Shown piece after piece: positions 1 through 8,749 of a stretch of 45,492 nt of DNA. The notes beneath the pieces are model-generated. The model was not told the origin of the DNA. It saw nothing but the letters and a program-made list of their open reading frames with translations, and did no database searches. The position numbers were made by a program, and so were the translations under genes. The number at the start of each line of letters is the position of its first letter. The first letter of the stretch is position 1. Origin of the DNA: an uncultured Lachnospiraceae bacterium (GTDB lineage: Bacteria; Bacillota; Clostridia; Lachnospirales; Lachnospiraceae); assembly GCA_905193085.1 (NCBI GenBank), contig CAJJNI010000001.1, positions 1 through 45,492 on the forward strand, given 5' to 3'.

Positions 1-54
1 ACCCACCTATGAGCAAGCTCATGTGGGTTTAGACCTTTTGACCCTGGCATCATA
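1..54 (+). repeat. Left copy of a perfect 54-bp direct repeat, cut by the window edge; identical to 14897..14950
   Basis: Base-by-base comparison. ACCCACCTATGAGCAAGCTCATGTGGGTTTAGACCTTTTGACCCTGGCATCATA occurs at both sites, and identity stops at the same base (55 vs 14951). It contains the hairpin ACCCAC-CT-ATGAGC / GCTCAT-GTGGGT. Confidence 0.9.
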
Positions 55-103
55 ATAAGTAACATCCTGATTAAATATATCACAACAGTCAGGCAGATAC
101 AAT

Positions 104-132
104 TCATTTTTTTACGGAAATATACATATATT
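104..132 (+). promoter_or_regulatory. Possible sigma-E-type (mother-cell) promoter upstream of the bofA-like gene
   Basis: TCATTTT, 14-nt spacer, CATATATT. This resembles the Bacillus sigma-E consensus (xCATATT-N14-CATACAxT). The match is weak and judged by eye only. Confidence 0.3.
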
Positions 133-167
133 AAAAAAAATGTTACAACAATAAGGTAAGTGATTTT

Positions 168-362
168 GTGAAAATTTTAAAGGGACTGTTTAAGATTATA
201 ATTCGTCTTGGATTTGGAACTTTTGGTATATACATATTAAACACAATTCTTTCATTGACGGGTTTTTCTGTAAGTGTGGGAATTAATTTATACACAATCG
301 GACTTCTTGCAGTTATGGGTCTTCCTGCTCTTATTATCTGTTATGGAATGCTATCAATATGA
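168..362 (+). CDS. bofA: BofA-like small integral membrane protein (inhibitor of pro-sigma-K processing family)
   Basis: 64 aa with two TM segments. The C-terminal half LNTILSLTGFSVSVGINLYTIGLLAVMGLPALI resembles the BofA pattern LN..G..IPINL.T....G.LG.PG. GTG start 9 nt after AAGGTA. Confidence 0.55.
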   Translation: MKILKGLFKIIIRLGFGTFGIYILNTILSLTGFSVSVGINLYTIGLLAVMGLPALIICYGMLSI

Positions 363-523
363 CGAATAATGTGTTAAAAAAGTGCACAAAATTTCAGTGC
401 CGAATTTGTTACATTTTAACAATGCATATACCGAGTGATTCTACATAATATCAAAAAATCAATACAAAGTAAAAATGCAAATTTGTATGCAATGTCAAAA
501 ATAAAAAATTTGATTTAAAACGC

Positions 524-552
524 TTTACAAAATCTGACAATTTTTTTATAAT
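524..552 (+). promoter_or_regulatory. Sigma-A-type promoter for the Tad/Flp operon
   Basis: TTTACA (524-529), 17-nt spacer, TATAAT (547-552). It lies about 45 nt upstream of the GAGGAGGGG RBS at 591-599. Confidence 0.6.
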
Positions 553-601
553 GCAGTCACATGAAAGATATCTTGATTGAACAAACAGATGAGGAGGGGT
601 A

Positions 602-1120
602 ATTTTAGAAAGTTGTAAAATTGTATTTTTAATTATTATTTTAGTAAGCAGTATAATAGTTGATTTAAAGACTGACAGGATAAGCAACAGAATTATTATT
701 TCAGGTCTGGCAGTTGCATTGGCAGATTTATTTATTCATTTTAGTTTATCGAAATTTATTTATGTGGGGTTTGGTTTATGTATTCCGGTTATATGTTTAC
801 TTCCTTTATTTTATTTTCATATGCTGGGGGCAGGAGATATTAAGCTGTTAGCAGTAACAGGAGCTTTTCTTGGCTGGAAAAGTCTTGTTGTATGTTTTAT
901 GGGGGCGTTATTTGTTGGGGGAATAATTTCTGTGTACAAAATGTGCAGATATCATATTTTTCAAAAGCGTTTCGCTTATTTTTCTCATTATATGAAAATG
1001 TATTTAAAAACAGGCTGTGTTAAGCCATATTATGACAGTAGTCTGGAAGCTGGTGCAAAAGTTCATTTTTCTGTTGCTGTAACTATAGCTGTTGTGCTGT
1101 ATTTGATTGTTGTAAAGTAA
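602..1120 (+). CDS. tadV: A24-family prepilin peptidase (TadV/CpaA-like), copy 1; 5' end uncertain
   Basis: Second catalytic motif GAGDIKLL lies in the tracked ORF (719..1120). The same frame stays open back to 593 and encodes ILESCKIVFLIIILVSSIIVDLKTDRISN, which is a TM helix plus the first catalytic Asp motif (D....I.N). No ATG/GTG/TTG lies between the RBS (591-599) and 719, so an ATT start (602 or 620) is inferred. Confidence 0.7.
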   Translation: MLESCKIVFLIIILVSSIIVDLKTDRISNRIIISGLAVALADLFIHFSLSKFIYVGFGLCIPVICLLPLFYFHMLGAGDIKLLAVTGAFLGWKSLVVCFMGALFVGGIISVYKMCRYHIFQKRFAYFSHYMKMYLKTGCVKPYYDSSLEAGAKVHFSVAVTIAVVLYLIVVK

Positions 1121-1125
1121 ATGAA

Positions 1126-2130
1126 ATGGGGTGGGATTATTTATTGAAAAAGAAAATTGGTATATTTGAGGAGGTTGCGTACTCATACCGTCTGATGCAG
1201 AGACTTAATCAAAAAGTGGATTCTTCTTTTGTAGTATACAGCTTTTCTGAGAAAGAGAGCATGGAAGATTTCCTCAATGAAAATTCATTGAGCGTACTTC
1301 TTGTAGGAGAAGACTATTATGATGGTTATCTGGAAGATTGCGATATAAGTAACATTATAATACTCAGCGAAGATAAAGAGCAGATTAAAGACAGACCATG
1401 TATATATAAATATCAGGCGGCAGGAAGTATTTTAAAAGAATTAAAGCTGAAATTAAATATGACAATAGGGTGTGGTATCGACAATGAGTCTGCTGTGAAA
1501 ATAATAGGAGTATATTCTCCTGTTGGAATGTGTGTGAAAACAGGCCTTGCTGTAAATTTATCAAAGAAGTTAGGAGAAACTAACAATGTTCTTTATTTAA
1601 ATTTGTCACCGTTTTGTGGCACAGAGCTTATTGAAATGTTAAGTGGAGAGAAAAAATCAGATGAATTTGCACAAAAGTGGTCGCTGTCAGATGTATTTTA
1701 TTATGCGGAACAGGGGGGTGATTACGGGGAAATATTTGCAAAGTCAATTGCAGAGTGTGGTGGAGTTAAATTGTTTTTGCCGATGGAGTCTCCGGTAGAT
1801 TTGCAGAGTGTTGAGCTGGAGAAATGGAATGACTTTTTCATGAGTTTAAACAGGGGTGATATAGCGCAGATGATAGTTGTTGATTTTGATGAGACAGTCA
1901 GCTGTTATCTCCAGTTATTTGAGCTGTGTGAAAAGATATATATGCCTGTGGCAAAACATTATTATGCTGAACAAAAAGTTAAGAATTTTGATGCATTTAT
2001 AAAAAGGTGTATGACCGGGGAAGTTGGCAAAAAAATACACAGAATATTTATCGGGGAAGATATTCCTGATGACAGTTCTTTTGAAAACTATATAAAAAGT
2101 ATTGTAAAGGGACTGATAAATGATGGATAG
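1126..2130 (+). CDS. TadZ/CpaE-like pilus assembly protein (ParA/MinD fold with degenerate P-loop, receiver-like N-domain)
   Basis: Sits immediately upstream of cpaF. The stretch IIGVYSPVGMCVKTGLAVNLSKKLGE occupies the place of the deviant Walker A (KGGxGKT). An alternative TTG start at 1144 lies 8 nt after GGGGTGGG. Confidence 0.55.
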   Translation: MGWDYLLKKKIGIFEEVAYSYRLMQRLNQKVDSSFVVYSFSEKESMEDFLNENSLSVLLVGEDYYDGYLEDCDISNIIILSEDKEQIKDRPCIYKYQAAGSILKELKLKLNMTIGCGIDNESAVKIIGVYSPVGMCVKTGLAVNLSKKLGETNNVLYLNLSPFCGTELIEMLSGEKKSDEFAQKWSLSDVFYYAEQGGDYGEIFAKSIAECGGVKLFLPMESPVDLQSVELEKWNDFFMSLNRGDIAQMIVVDFDETVSCYLQLFELCEKIYMPVAKHYYAEQKVKNFDAFIKRCMTGEVGKKIHRIFIGEDIPDDSSFENYIKSIVKGLINDG

Positions 2131-3331
2131 AAATACATTTGATAAATGTAGAAGAGAGTTAAGAAAAATTGTTCTGTCAAAAATAGATTGTTTTAATGAT
2201 ATAGAAGATGAGGAAGTGTATAAGTGGATAGATGAAGCGCTTATGGAGAAATGCAGAACCGTATATTTATCTATTTCTGACAGAAAACAATTGAGGCTTG
2301 AAATTTTCAATTCGTTAAGAAAGCTTGATGTACTTCAGGAAATAGTTGACTGTCCGGATATTACGGAGATTATGGTGAATGGAACGGAGCATATATTTAT
2401 AGAAAAAGCGGGTCAGATATATGAATGGGACAGACATTTTGAAAGTCATGAAAAGCTATGGGATGTGATACAGCATATAGTATCAAAAACAAACCGTATT
2501 GTAAATGAATCATCTCCGATAGTTGATACAAGACTTGAAAATGGTTCGAGAGTAAATGTTGTACTGCCGCCAATAGCAATAAATGGTCCGATTGTCACCA
2601 TAAGAAGATTTCCGGAAGAGGCAATTACAATGGAAGGATTGCTTAAGCTTAATTCAATTGATGAGCCTACAGCGTATTTTCTGGAAAAGCTTGTCAAAGC
2701 AAAATATAACATAATCATAAGTGGAGGAACCGGTTCGGGGAAGACAACTTTTTTGAATGTACTTTCAGAGTTTATTCCTAAAGATGAAAGAATAATAACA
2801 ATAGAAGATGCTGCCGAACTTCAGATAAGAGGGATTGCAAATCTTGTAAGGCTCGAAACCCGTAACGCAAATTCAGAAGGAAAAAATGAAATTGGAATGA
2901 GGGAGCTTATAAAAAGTGCCTTGCGAATGCGCCCGGACAGAATAATTATTGGAGAAACAAGGGGAGCTGAGTGTGTGGAACTTCTTCAGGCAATGAATAC
3001 AGGGCACGATGGGTCAATATCAACAGGGCATGCCAACAGTGCGTCTGATATGCTTGCCAGAATGGAGATGATGGTTCTTATGGGTATGGATATACCACTT
3101 GTAGCAGTTCAAAGACAGATTGCATCTGCTATAGATATTATAATTCATCTGGGAAGAATGAAAGATAAAAGCCGTAAAGTTCTGGAAGTTGTTGAGGTGG
3201 AGGGGTATAAGAATGGTGAATTTATGTTGAATCCTTTAGTAAAGTTTGTTAGTGAAGGGGAAAAGAATAATAAAATATATGGGAAATATGAGGTGTGCGG
3301 ACAACTTAAAAATGACTTTAAGTTAAATTAA
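2120..3331 (+). CDS. cpaF: CpaF/TadA secretion ATPase (VirB11/GspE superfamily)
   Basis: Walker A GGTGSGKTT, Asp box IITIEDAAEL, RPDRIIIGETRGAE and His box GHDGSISTGHANS. Overlaps the upstream gene by 11 nt. Confidence 0.93.
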   Translation: MMDRNTFDKCRRELRKIVLSKIDCFNDIEDEEVYKWIDEALMEKCRTVYLSISDRKQLRLEIFNSLRKLDVLQEIVDCPDITEIMVNGTEHIFIEKAGQIYEWDRHFESHEKLWDVIQHIVSKTNRIVNESSPIVDTRLENGSRVNVVLPPIAINGPIVTIRRFPEEAITMEGLLKLNSIDEPTAYFLEKLVKAKYNIIISGGTGSGKTTFLNVLSEFIPKDERIITIEDAAELQIRGIANLVRLETRNANSEGKNEIGMRELIKSALRMRPDRIIIGETRGAECVELLQAMNTGHDGSISTGHANSASDMLARMEMMVLMGMDIPLVAVQRQIASAIDIIIHLGRMKDKSRKVLEVVEVEGYKNGEFMLNPLVKFVSEGEKNNKIYGKYEVCGQLKNDFKLN

Positions 3332-3383
3332 AAATGAAAAAAAGAGAAGTATTCAGGAAGGCTTATTGTTTGAGGGGGATAGT

Positions 3384-4145
3384 ATGAAAAAAAGTGCTCT
3401 GAAATATGTTGATTATAATCATATTAAATTTACTTATATGCAGTTATTTATGGAATGTTTTAAGGGTATTTGTCTTATTGCAGTAATCAGTTATCTGTTT
3501 TACCGCTCGGTTATTGCATTTGTATTTTGTCTTCCGTTGCTTGTATTGTTTTTAAAATATCAGAAGACAAAATTTATAAATGAAAGAAAACAAAATCTTC
3601 AGATACAGTTTAAAGAAGGAATAACTGTTCTTTTATCAGGACTTGAAGCCGGGTATTCAATAGAAAATGCATTTGAAGATGCCTGCGGTGAATTAAGACA
3701 GATGTATGAAAAAGAGACAGATATAGAAAAAGAATTTCAGAATATATGCTGTGGTGTAAGGTTAAATGAACCGATTGAAGAAATGATAATGAATTTTGCA
3801 TCAAGAAGTCATATAGATGATATTAAAAGTTTTGCACAGGTATTTATGATTGCAAAGAAAAGGGGTGGAGATATGCCTGCTGTTTTAAAATCATCTATAG
3901 GAACTATTCAGGAAAAGTTAGAGGTAAGGCAGGAAATAGATACGATATTATCAGGCAAAAAATTAGAACATAGTATTATGTCTGTTGTACCGGCGGCAAT
4001 ATTGTTTTATGTAAACCTTACATCACCGGAATTTACAGAAGTGTTATATTCCTGTATTGCCGGAAGAATTGTTATGACAATATGCCTTATAGTATATATT
4101 ATTTCCATAATTGTTGGAAGAAAAATAGTTGATATTGAAATCTGA
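3384..4145 (+). CDS. tadB: TadB-like inner-membrane platform protein (T2SS F-domain family)
   Basis: Position after cpaF. N-terminal TM pair, a cytoplasmic helical domain (FAQVFMIAKKRGGDMPAVLKSSIGTIQEKLEVRQEI) and C-terminal TMs. ATG at 3384 follows GAGGGGGA; the tracked TTG at 3366 is less likely. Confidence 0.8.
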   Translation: MKKSALKYVDYNHIKFTYMQLFMECFKGICLIAVISYLFYRSVIAFVFCLPLLVLFLKYQKTKFINERKQNLQIQFKEGITVLLSGLEAGYSIENAFEDACGELRQMYEKETDIEKEFQNICCGVRLNEPIEEMIMNFASRSHIDDIKSFAQVFMIAKKRGGDMPAVLKSSIGTIQEKLEVRQEIDTILSGKKLEHSIMSVVPAAILFYVNLTSPEFTEVLYSCIAGRIVMTICLIVYIISIIVGRKIVDIEI

Positions 4146-5524
4146 TGGGAGGAGATTTTATTAAGAGCACAATTTTTGATAAGCTGGGAGAAAAAACATA
4201 TTGTTTAATTAGAAAGTATAAATTATTCGACAGTTATTTCTTAAAAATGGGAGATAAACTTAAAGTGGTTCATGCTGAAAATACACATAAAGATTTGTTA
4301 AAGTCGTATATGGCACATAAATTTAAGCTTATATATGAATTTATGATTGTGGGAGTATTTCTTGTGATATTGGCATTTAATGTGTTTTATTCAGAGAAAG
4401 GTATTACCGAATTAGAGCGGCAGGATTTATGGGGGGAAGATGAGGAAAGACAATTACTTGCAAAGACGGAAGATGGCGAAAGTCTGGTAGATATTACAGT
4501 TTCACATAAACAGGTTTCAGAGGATACAATGCGTCTTATTATGGAAGAAAAAGCAGAACAGCTTGAATCGTATATTTTAGGTGAAAACAAATCAACAGAC
4601 AGTATAAGTTCTGATTTAAATCTTATTACAAAGGTTCCTGACACAGATATCGATGTTTGCTGGGAGATTGAAGAAAATGATGTGCTTAACTCTGACGGAA
4701 GCGTGGTACAGGAAAATCTTAATCAAGACGGAGCTTTGGTAAAGCTTAAGGCGGTATTAAGCTTTAAAGAAATTACAACGGAAAATGAATTTTTTGTAAA
4801 TGTAGTACAACCTGAGTGTAGTGATTTGGAAAAAGAACAGTTAAAGCTTGTTAATATTCTTAAAGAGGCAGATGAAAATACCGTATCAGAAGACCGTCTT
4901 GTGCTGCCCGGGAAAGTAGATAATAAAAACATAACATATACTGCTGTAGATAATAAAAATAATATTTGGATTATTCCTGTAATGATGTTAATCTGTATTC
5001 CATTATTATTTTTATCTGAAGATGAGAAACTTAATAAGCAGAAGAAAGTAAGAGAAAATCAGATGCTTGCAGATTATCCGGATATTGTTAATAAATTAAT
5101 TTTGTATCTTGGTGCAGGACTTACAATACAGGGAGCTTTAGATTTAATATCCCGAAATTATCTTGCGCAGAAAAAACAAAATAAAACATACAAAAGGTAT
5201 GCGTATGAAGAGGTGATGTATGTCTGCAGAAAAATTCAGGGTGGTGCAGGTGTTACAGAAGGGCTTGAAATTTTATCACAAAGATGTGCTGTAGCACCGT
5301 TTAGAAAGTTATGTATGATTCTTATGCAAAATATGAAAAAAGGTTCGGGTGAACTTATAGCACTGCTTCATCATGAAGCCGCAGGTGCTTTTGAAGTAAG
5401 AAAAAATTCTGCGAGAAAAATGGGAGAAGAAGCCGGAACAAAGCTGTTATTTCCAATGATTATGTCATTGGGAGTAGTAATTATAATTTTAATTGTTCCG
5501 GCATGGATGACATTTCAGGTATAG
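4145..5524 (+). CDS. tadC: TadC-like platform protein carrying an insert of about 190 aa between TM1 and TM2
   Basis: The C-terminal 170 aa has T2SS-F character (LADYPDIVNKLILYLGAGLTIQGALDLIS ... GEEAGTKLLFPMIMSLGVVIIILIVPAW). Start overlaps the tadB stop (ATGA). Confidence 0.75.
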   Translation: MGGDFIKSTIFDKLGEKTYCLIRKYKLFDSYFLKMGDKLKVVHAENTHKDLLKSYMAHKFKLIYEFMIVGVFLVILAFNVFYSEKGITELERQDLWGEDEERQLLAKTEDGESLVDITVSHKQVSEDTMRLIMEEKAEQLESYILGENKSTDSISSDLNLITKVPDTDIDVCWEIEENDVLNSDGSVVQENLNQDGALVKLKAVLSFKEITTENEFFVNVVQPECSDLEKEQLKLVNILKEADENTVSEDRLVLPGKVDNKNITYTAVDNKNNIWIIPVMMLICIPLLFLSEDEKLNKQKKVRENQMLADYPDIVNKLILYLGAGLTIQGALDLISRNYLAQKKQNKTYKRYAYEEVMYVCRKIQGGAGVTEGLEILSQRCAVAPFRKLCMILMQNMKKGSGELIALLHHEAAGAFEVRKNSARKMGEEAGTKLLFPMIMSLGVVIIILIVPAWMTFQV

Positions 5525-5540
5525 GTAAGGGGGATTATTT

Positions 5541-5759
5541 ATGTTAAGGAATAATTTAATTTGTACAATGTATAACAGAAAAAGAAATATAATTAAGCTT
5601 TTATCTGATTTTATTAAGGAAGAAGATGGAATTGGAGTTGTTGAAATTATACTGATATTAGTAGTTTTGATAAGTCTTGTGTTGATTTTTAAAAGCAAAA
5701 TAACAAACCTTGTGAATTCTATATTTACAAAAATTACTAATAATGCAAATCAGGTTTAG
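5541..5759 (+). CDS. flp: Flp-family type IVb pilin precursor
   Basis: Charged leader ending EEDG, then IGVVEIILILVVLISLVLIF. This gives Gly at -1, Glu at +5 and a hydrophobic helix, which is the Flp processing-site architecture. The mature peptide would be about 42 aa. RBS AAGGGGGA. Confidence 0.8.
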   Translation: MLRNNLICTMYNRKRNIIKLLSDFIKEEDGIGVVEIILILVVLISLVLIFKSKITNLVNSIFTKITNNANQV

Positions 5760-5781
5760 ATAAGAGTCTGGAGGAGTTGAT

Positions 5782-7308
5782 TTGAGGCGGGGAGAATTAA
5801 CAGTTTTTTTTGCAATGGTATTTATACTGATAGTTGCATTGCTGTCTTCTCTTGTTGAAGTATCAAGGCGGCAGGGAGTGCGTATGCAGGTCGTGACTGC
5901 AACTGATGCGGCATGTGAGTCTGTGTTTGCAGAGTATGATACAAAAATGCTTGAAAAATTTAAAGTGTTTTTTTATGACGGTGCTTATGGGGCAAATGAC
6001 AGTATTGAAAATAATATTTTAAGTAAGGTTGGCAGTGATATAAATATAATGCTTAATCCACAAGATGAAATGATGGGTTCATATACAGATTTATATAAAA
6101 TATCTGTAAATGACAGTGAATTAAAATCGGTAGTGCTGGCAACAGATGATGAGGGAATGGTATTCAGGGAACAGGCAATTTTATCAGTAAAGGACAGATA
6201 TGGAATTTCATATGCCGAAGATTTACTGTCAAAAACTGATATTCTTAAGAAAAACATAGAAGATGGAAATTCTTATAAAGAGGCGGAAGAGAGTAATAAT
6301 GAGCAGATTAAATCTTTTGAGGAGCAAAAGACCCAGATAGACAAAGAGAATAAAGAGGCAGCGAAGCAGGCTGCGGCCAATGAAAATCCGGCTGCGGCAG
6401 TCGAAGTAAAAAAATCTCTTGGAATATTAGAACTTGTAAAGCCGGATAATTATACGGTGTCGCAGATGCAGATAGATACATCAGTTATGCCATCAAAAAG
6501 ACAGTTGAATAAGGGGAGCGGTATGAAATCTTATTCAGAAGATGTATTATCTGATGTGCTGTTTAATGAATATTTATTTAATACATTCAGTTGTGCTGTC
6601 ATGGGAGAAGCTGAACAGGAAAATAAACAGCAGAATACACAGACGAATTTACAGAGCAATATTTTAAATTATCAGTTGGAATATCTTCTTTCCGGAAAAG
6701 AAAATGATACAGATAATTTAAAAGCTGTAGCAGAGAAATTGCTTTTAATCAGAGAGGGGGCAAATTTTGCATATTTACTTACTGATGGAATTAAAACTGC
6801 GCAGGCGGAAACTCTGGCTGTGACATTAGTTGGATATACAGGACTTGTACCTCTGATTGAAGCAACTAAATATGCAATTCTTGCTTCATGGGCTTTTGCT
6901 GAAAGCTGTTATGATGTAAAAAGATTACTGTCGGGTAAAAAAGTTTCTGTCATAAAGAACAGTGCTAACTGGCAGCTTGAATTGTCTAATATATCAAACT
7001 TAACTTCGCAGGAATTAAAAGATGATAGTGATGGAATTACATATATGTCATATTTGAAGCTGTTGTTGTTACTTGAGCCGCAGAGAAATATTGCAAAAAG
7101 ATGTATTGATATGGTTGAGATGCTTATGTGCGTTGAGGAATTTTATGAGGAATTTAAATTAGATGCAATGATATGTGAAATGAAATTAAAAATTAAATTT
7201 TATTCAGACAGTGTATTTTATATGTTTCCATTTATGCATAAATATATCTGGAATCCTACAAGTGTATATATTGCAGAGAGAAATTATTCATACAATATGT
7301 GGCGTTAG
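5782..7308 (+). CDS. Large TadE/TadG-like pilus-associated protein (N-terminal pseudopilin-like anchor, coiled-coil/acidic middle)
   Basis: The N-terminus RRGELTVFFAMVFILIVALLSSLVEVSRRQG is TadE-like. Located in the Tad operon. TTG start after GGAGGAG. Confidence 0.55.
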   Translation: MRRGELTVFFAMVFILIVALLSSLVEVSRRQGVRMQVVTATDAACESVFAEYDTKMLEKFKVFFYDGAYGANDSIENNILSKVGSDINIMLNPQDEMMGSYTDLYKISVNDSELKSVVLATDDEGMVFREQAILSVKDRYGISYAEDLLSKTDILKKNIEDGNSYKEAEESNNEQIKSFEEQKTQIDKENKEAAKQAAANENPAAAVEVKKSLGILELVKPDNYTVSQMQIDTSVMPSKRQLNKGSGMKSYSEDVLSDVLFNEYLFNTFSCAVMGEAEQENKQQNTQTNLQSNILNYQLEYLLSGKENDTDNLKAVAEKLLLIREGANFAYLLTDGIKTAQAETLAVTLVGYTGLVPLIEATKYAILASWAFAESCYDVKRLLSGKKVSVIKNSANWQLELSNISNLTSQELKDDSDGITYMSYLKLLLLLEPQRNIAKRCIDMVEMLMCVEEFYEEFKLDAMICEMKLKIKFYSDSVFYMFPFMHKYIWNPTSVYIAERNYSYNMWR

Positions 7309-7330
7309 TTTTTATGGGAGGTGAATAAGG

Positions 7331-8254
7331 ATGCCCTTTTTCGAAAATAAATCAAATTCTATTAATTTTTACTCTCTGTTTAATTATAGCAAAACTCCCC
7401 TTCGTATTTTTATACATTCTAAAAAAGTGCTGATACGAAAAAGGGTATCCTTATTTGCCTTGTGTAAAAAAGCGTCATTGACAGTTGAGGCAGCATTAAT
7501 TTTTCCGTTTTTTGTATGTGCATGCATAATGATTCTATATTTTGGAGAGTTATTCAGGCTTGAGACAAGAATTACACAGGAGCTTTATAATTCTTCAAAA
7601 ACATATGCACAGTATGCGGGGCTGCTTGCAAATGGAGATATGGAAGAGAGTCAGTTAATGAAAGCAGGTATTTCTGGTATTGGTATTTACCAGATATCGC
7701 AGTCATTTAAAAATAATCTGGGTGAAGAGTTTAATGACAAATTTCTTATGACTAAAGGAAACTTATCATATTCTTTTTTACATTCAAAGATTGATGAGGA
7801 TTATGTTGATTTGGTGGTAACATATCGTGTTAAATTTAATATTCCGCTTTTATCATTTAAGGCAATTCCGATAGTTCAAAGATGCAGATTCAGTTCATGG
7901 AGTGGAAGACAGAGAATAAAGAAGTCAGGTGATGATGATACAATAGTCTATGTTACCTCAACCGGAACAGTTTATCATAGAAGCAGGGATTGTACATATA
8001 TTAGATTGTCAATACAGAATGTAAAGTACAGTGATGTCGGTTCAAAGAGAAATGAAAGTGGAGCAAAATATTATCCATGTGAAAAATGTTTCAAAAAAAC
8101 CACTTTGGGAGAGGTGGTTTACATAACGAATACAGGAACAAGATATCATAATAATATAAATTGCAGTGAGCTTAAAAGAACTGTACATGAAGTAAGATTA
8201 TCTGATGTGAAAGATACAAAAAGACCATGTAACAAATGTGGAAATTCAGAATAA
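7331..8254 (+). CDS. TadE-like pseudopilin fused to two C-terminal His/Cys3 zinc-ribbon-like modules
   Basis: TadE-like segment KKASLTVEAALIFPFFVCACIMILYF. Two repeats of VY(V/I)T.TGT.YH-x4-C ... PC.KC occupy residues 205-253 and 261-303. ATG follows GGGAGGTG. Confidence 0.7.
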   Translation: MPFFENKSNSINFYSLFNYSKTPLRIFIHSKKVLIRKRVSLFALCKKASLTVEAALIFPFFVCACIMILYFGELFRLETRITQELYNSSKTYAQYAGLLANGDMEESQLMKAGISGIGIYQISQSFKNNLGEEFNDKFLMTKGNLSYSFLHSKIDEDYVDLVVTYRVKFNIPLLSFKAIPIVQRCRFSSWSGRQRIKKSGDDDTIVYVTSTGTVYHRSRDCTYIRLSIQNVKYSDVGSKRNESGAKYYPCEKCFKKTTLGEVVYITNTGTRYHNNINCSELKRTVHEVRLSDVKDTKRPCNKCGNSE

Positions 8255-8288
8255 AGAGGGGGGATGAACAATATATAAGCATATTATT

Positions 8289-8705
8289 TTGATTAAATTT
8301 ATAAGTCTTATGCTAATGCTTATACCTGAAATGATATTGGATATAAGAACGAAAAAAATATGGGTTCCATGGATTGTTATTTTTTTCATTGAGGCAGTAA
8401 TACTTGCCATTATGCGTATTATTGGATGGGGAGAATTACTGTATGGAATTATACCGGGAATTTTGTTAGTTATAATAAGTATATTAACAAGAGGGGCAAT
8501 TGGATTGGGGGACGGATATATAGTATGTGTAATAGGAAGTTTGTTTGGTCTGGAAAATACAGTGGCAGTGCTTGTTATTGCTATGCTGATATCTGCTTTT
8601 GCAGGAGGAATACTTATGTTAATAAGACATTGGAAAAGAAAAGATACAATTCCTTTTGTTCCATTTCTACTCATAGGGGTAATGCTACAACTTCTGAATT
8701 TGTAG
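8289..8705 (+). CDS. A24-family prepilin peptidase (TadV-like), copy 2
   Basis: Both Asp motifs are present: EMILDIRTKKI and GAIGLGDGYIV. Polytopic membrane protein of 138 aa. TTG start with no nearby RBS; the AGAGGGGGG at 8254-8263 instead serves a 4-codon ORF (ATG AAC AAT ATA TAA). Confidence 0.7.
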   Translation: MIKFISLMLMLIPEMILDIRTKKIWVPWIVIFFIEAVILAIMRIIGWGELLYGIIPGILLVIISILTRGAIGLGDGYIVCVIGSLFGLENTVAVLVIAMLISAFAGGILMLIRHWKRKDTIPFVPFLLIGVMLQLLNL

Positions 8706-8749
8706 ATGATAAAAACAAAACATTTGCAGATGCATTTTATACGGTTGAA

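Noticed and set aside
363-600. Possible c-di-GMP or other riboswitch ahead of the pilus operon, as known for some clostridial type IV pilus genes
   Set aside because: The predicted promoter leaves a leader of only about 45 nt. No GEMM-like conserved segments or GC-rich helices are visible.
451-687. 78-aa minus-strand ORF in the bofA-tadV intergenic region
   Set aside because: It spans the Tad promoter and RBS and the peptidase N-terminus on the opposite strand. It has AT-rich low-complexity composition and no RBS.
8426-8749. 5' part of tracked ORF 8426..9163
   Set aside because: It overlaps prepilin peptidase copy 2 in another frame, and its translation (Cys/Tyr/Arg-rich) has no protein-like character. 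Only the segment from about 8700 onward (TadE-like) is credible.
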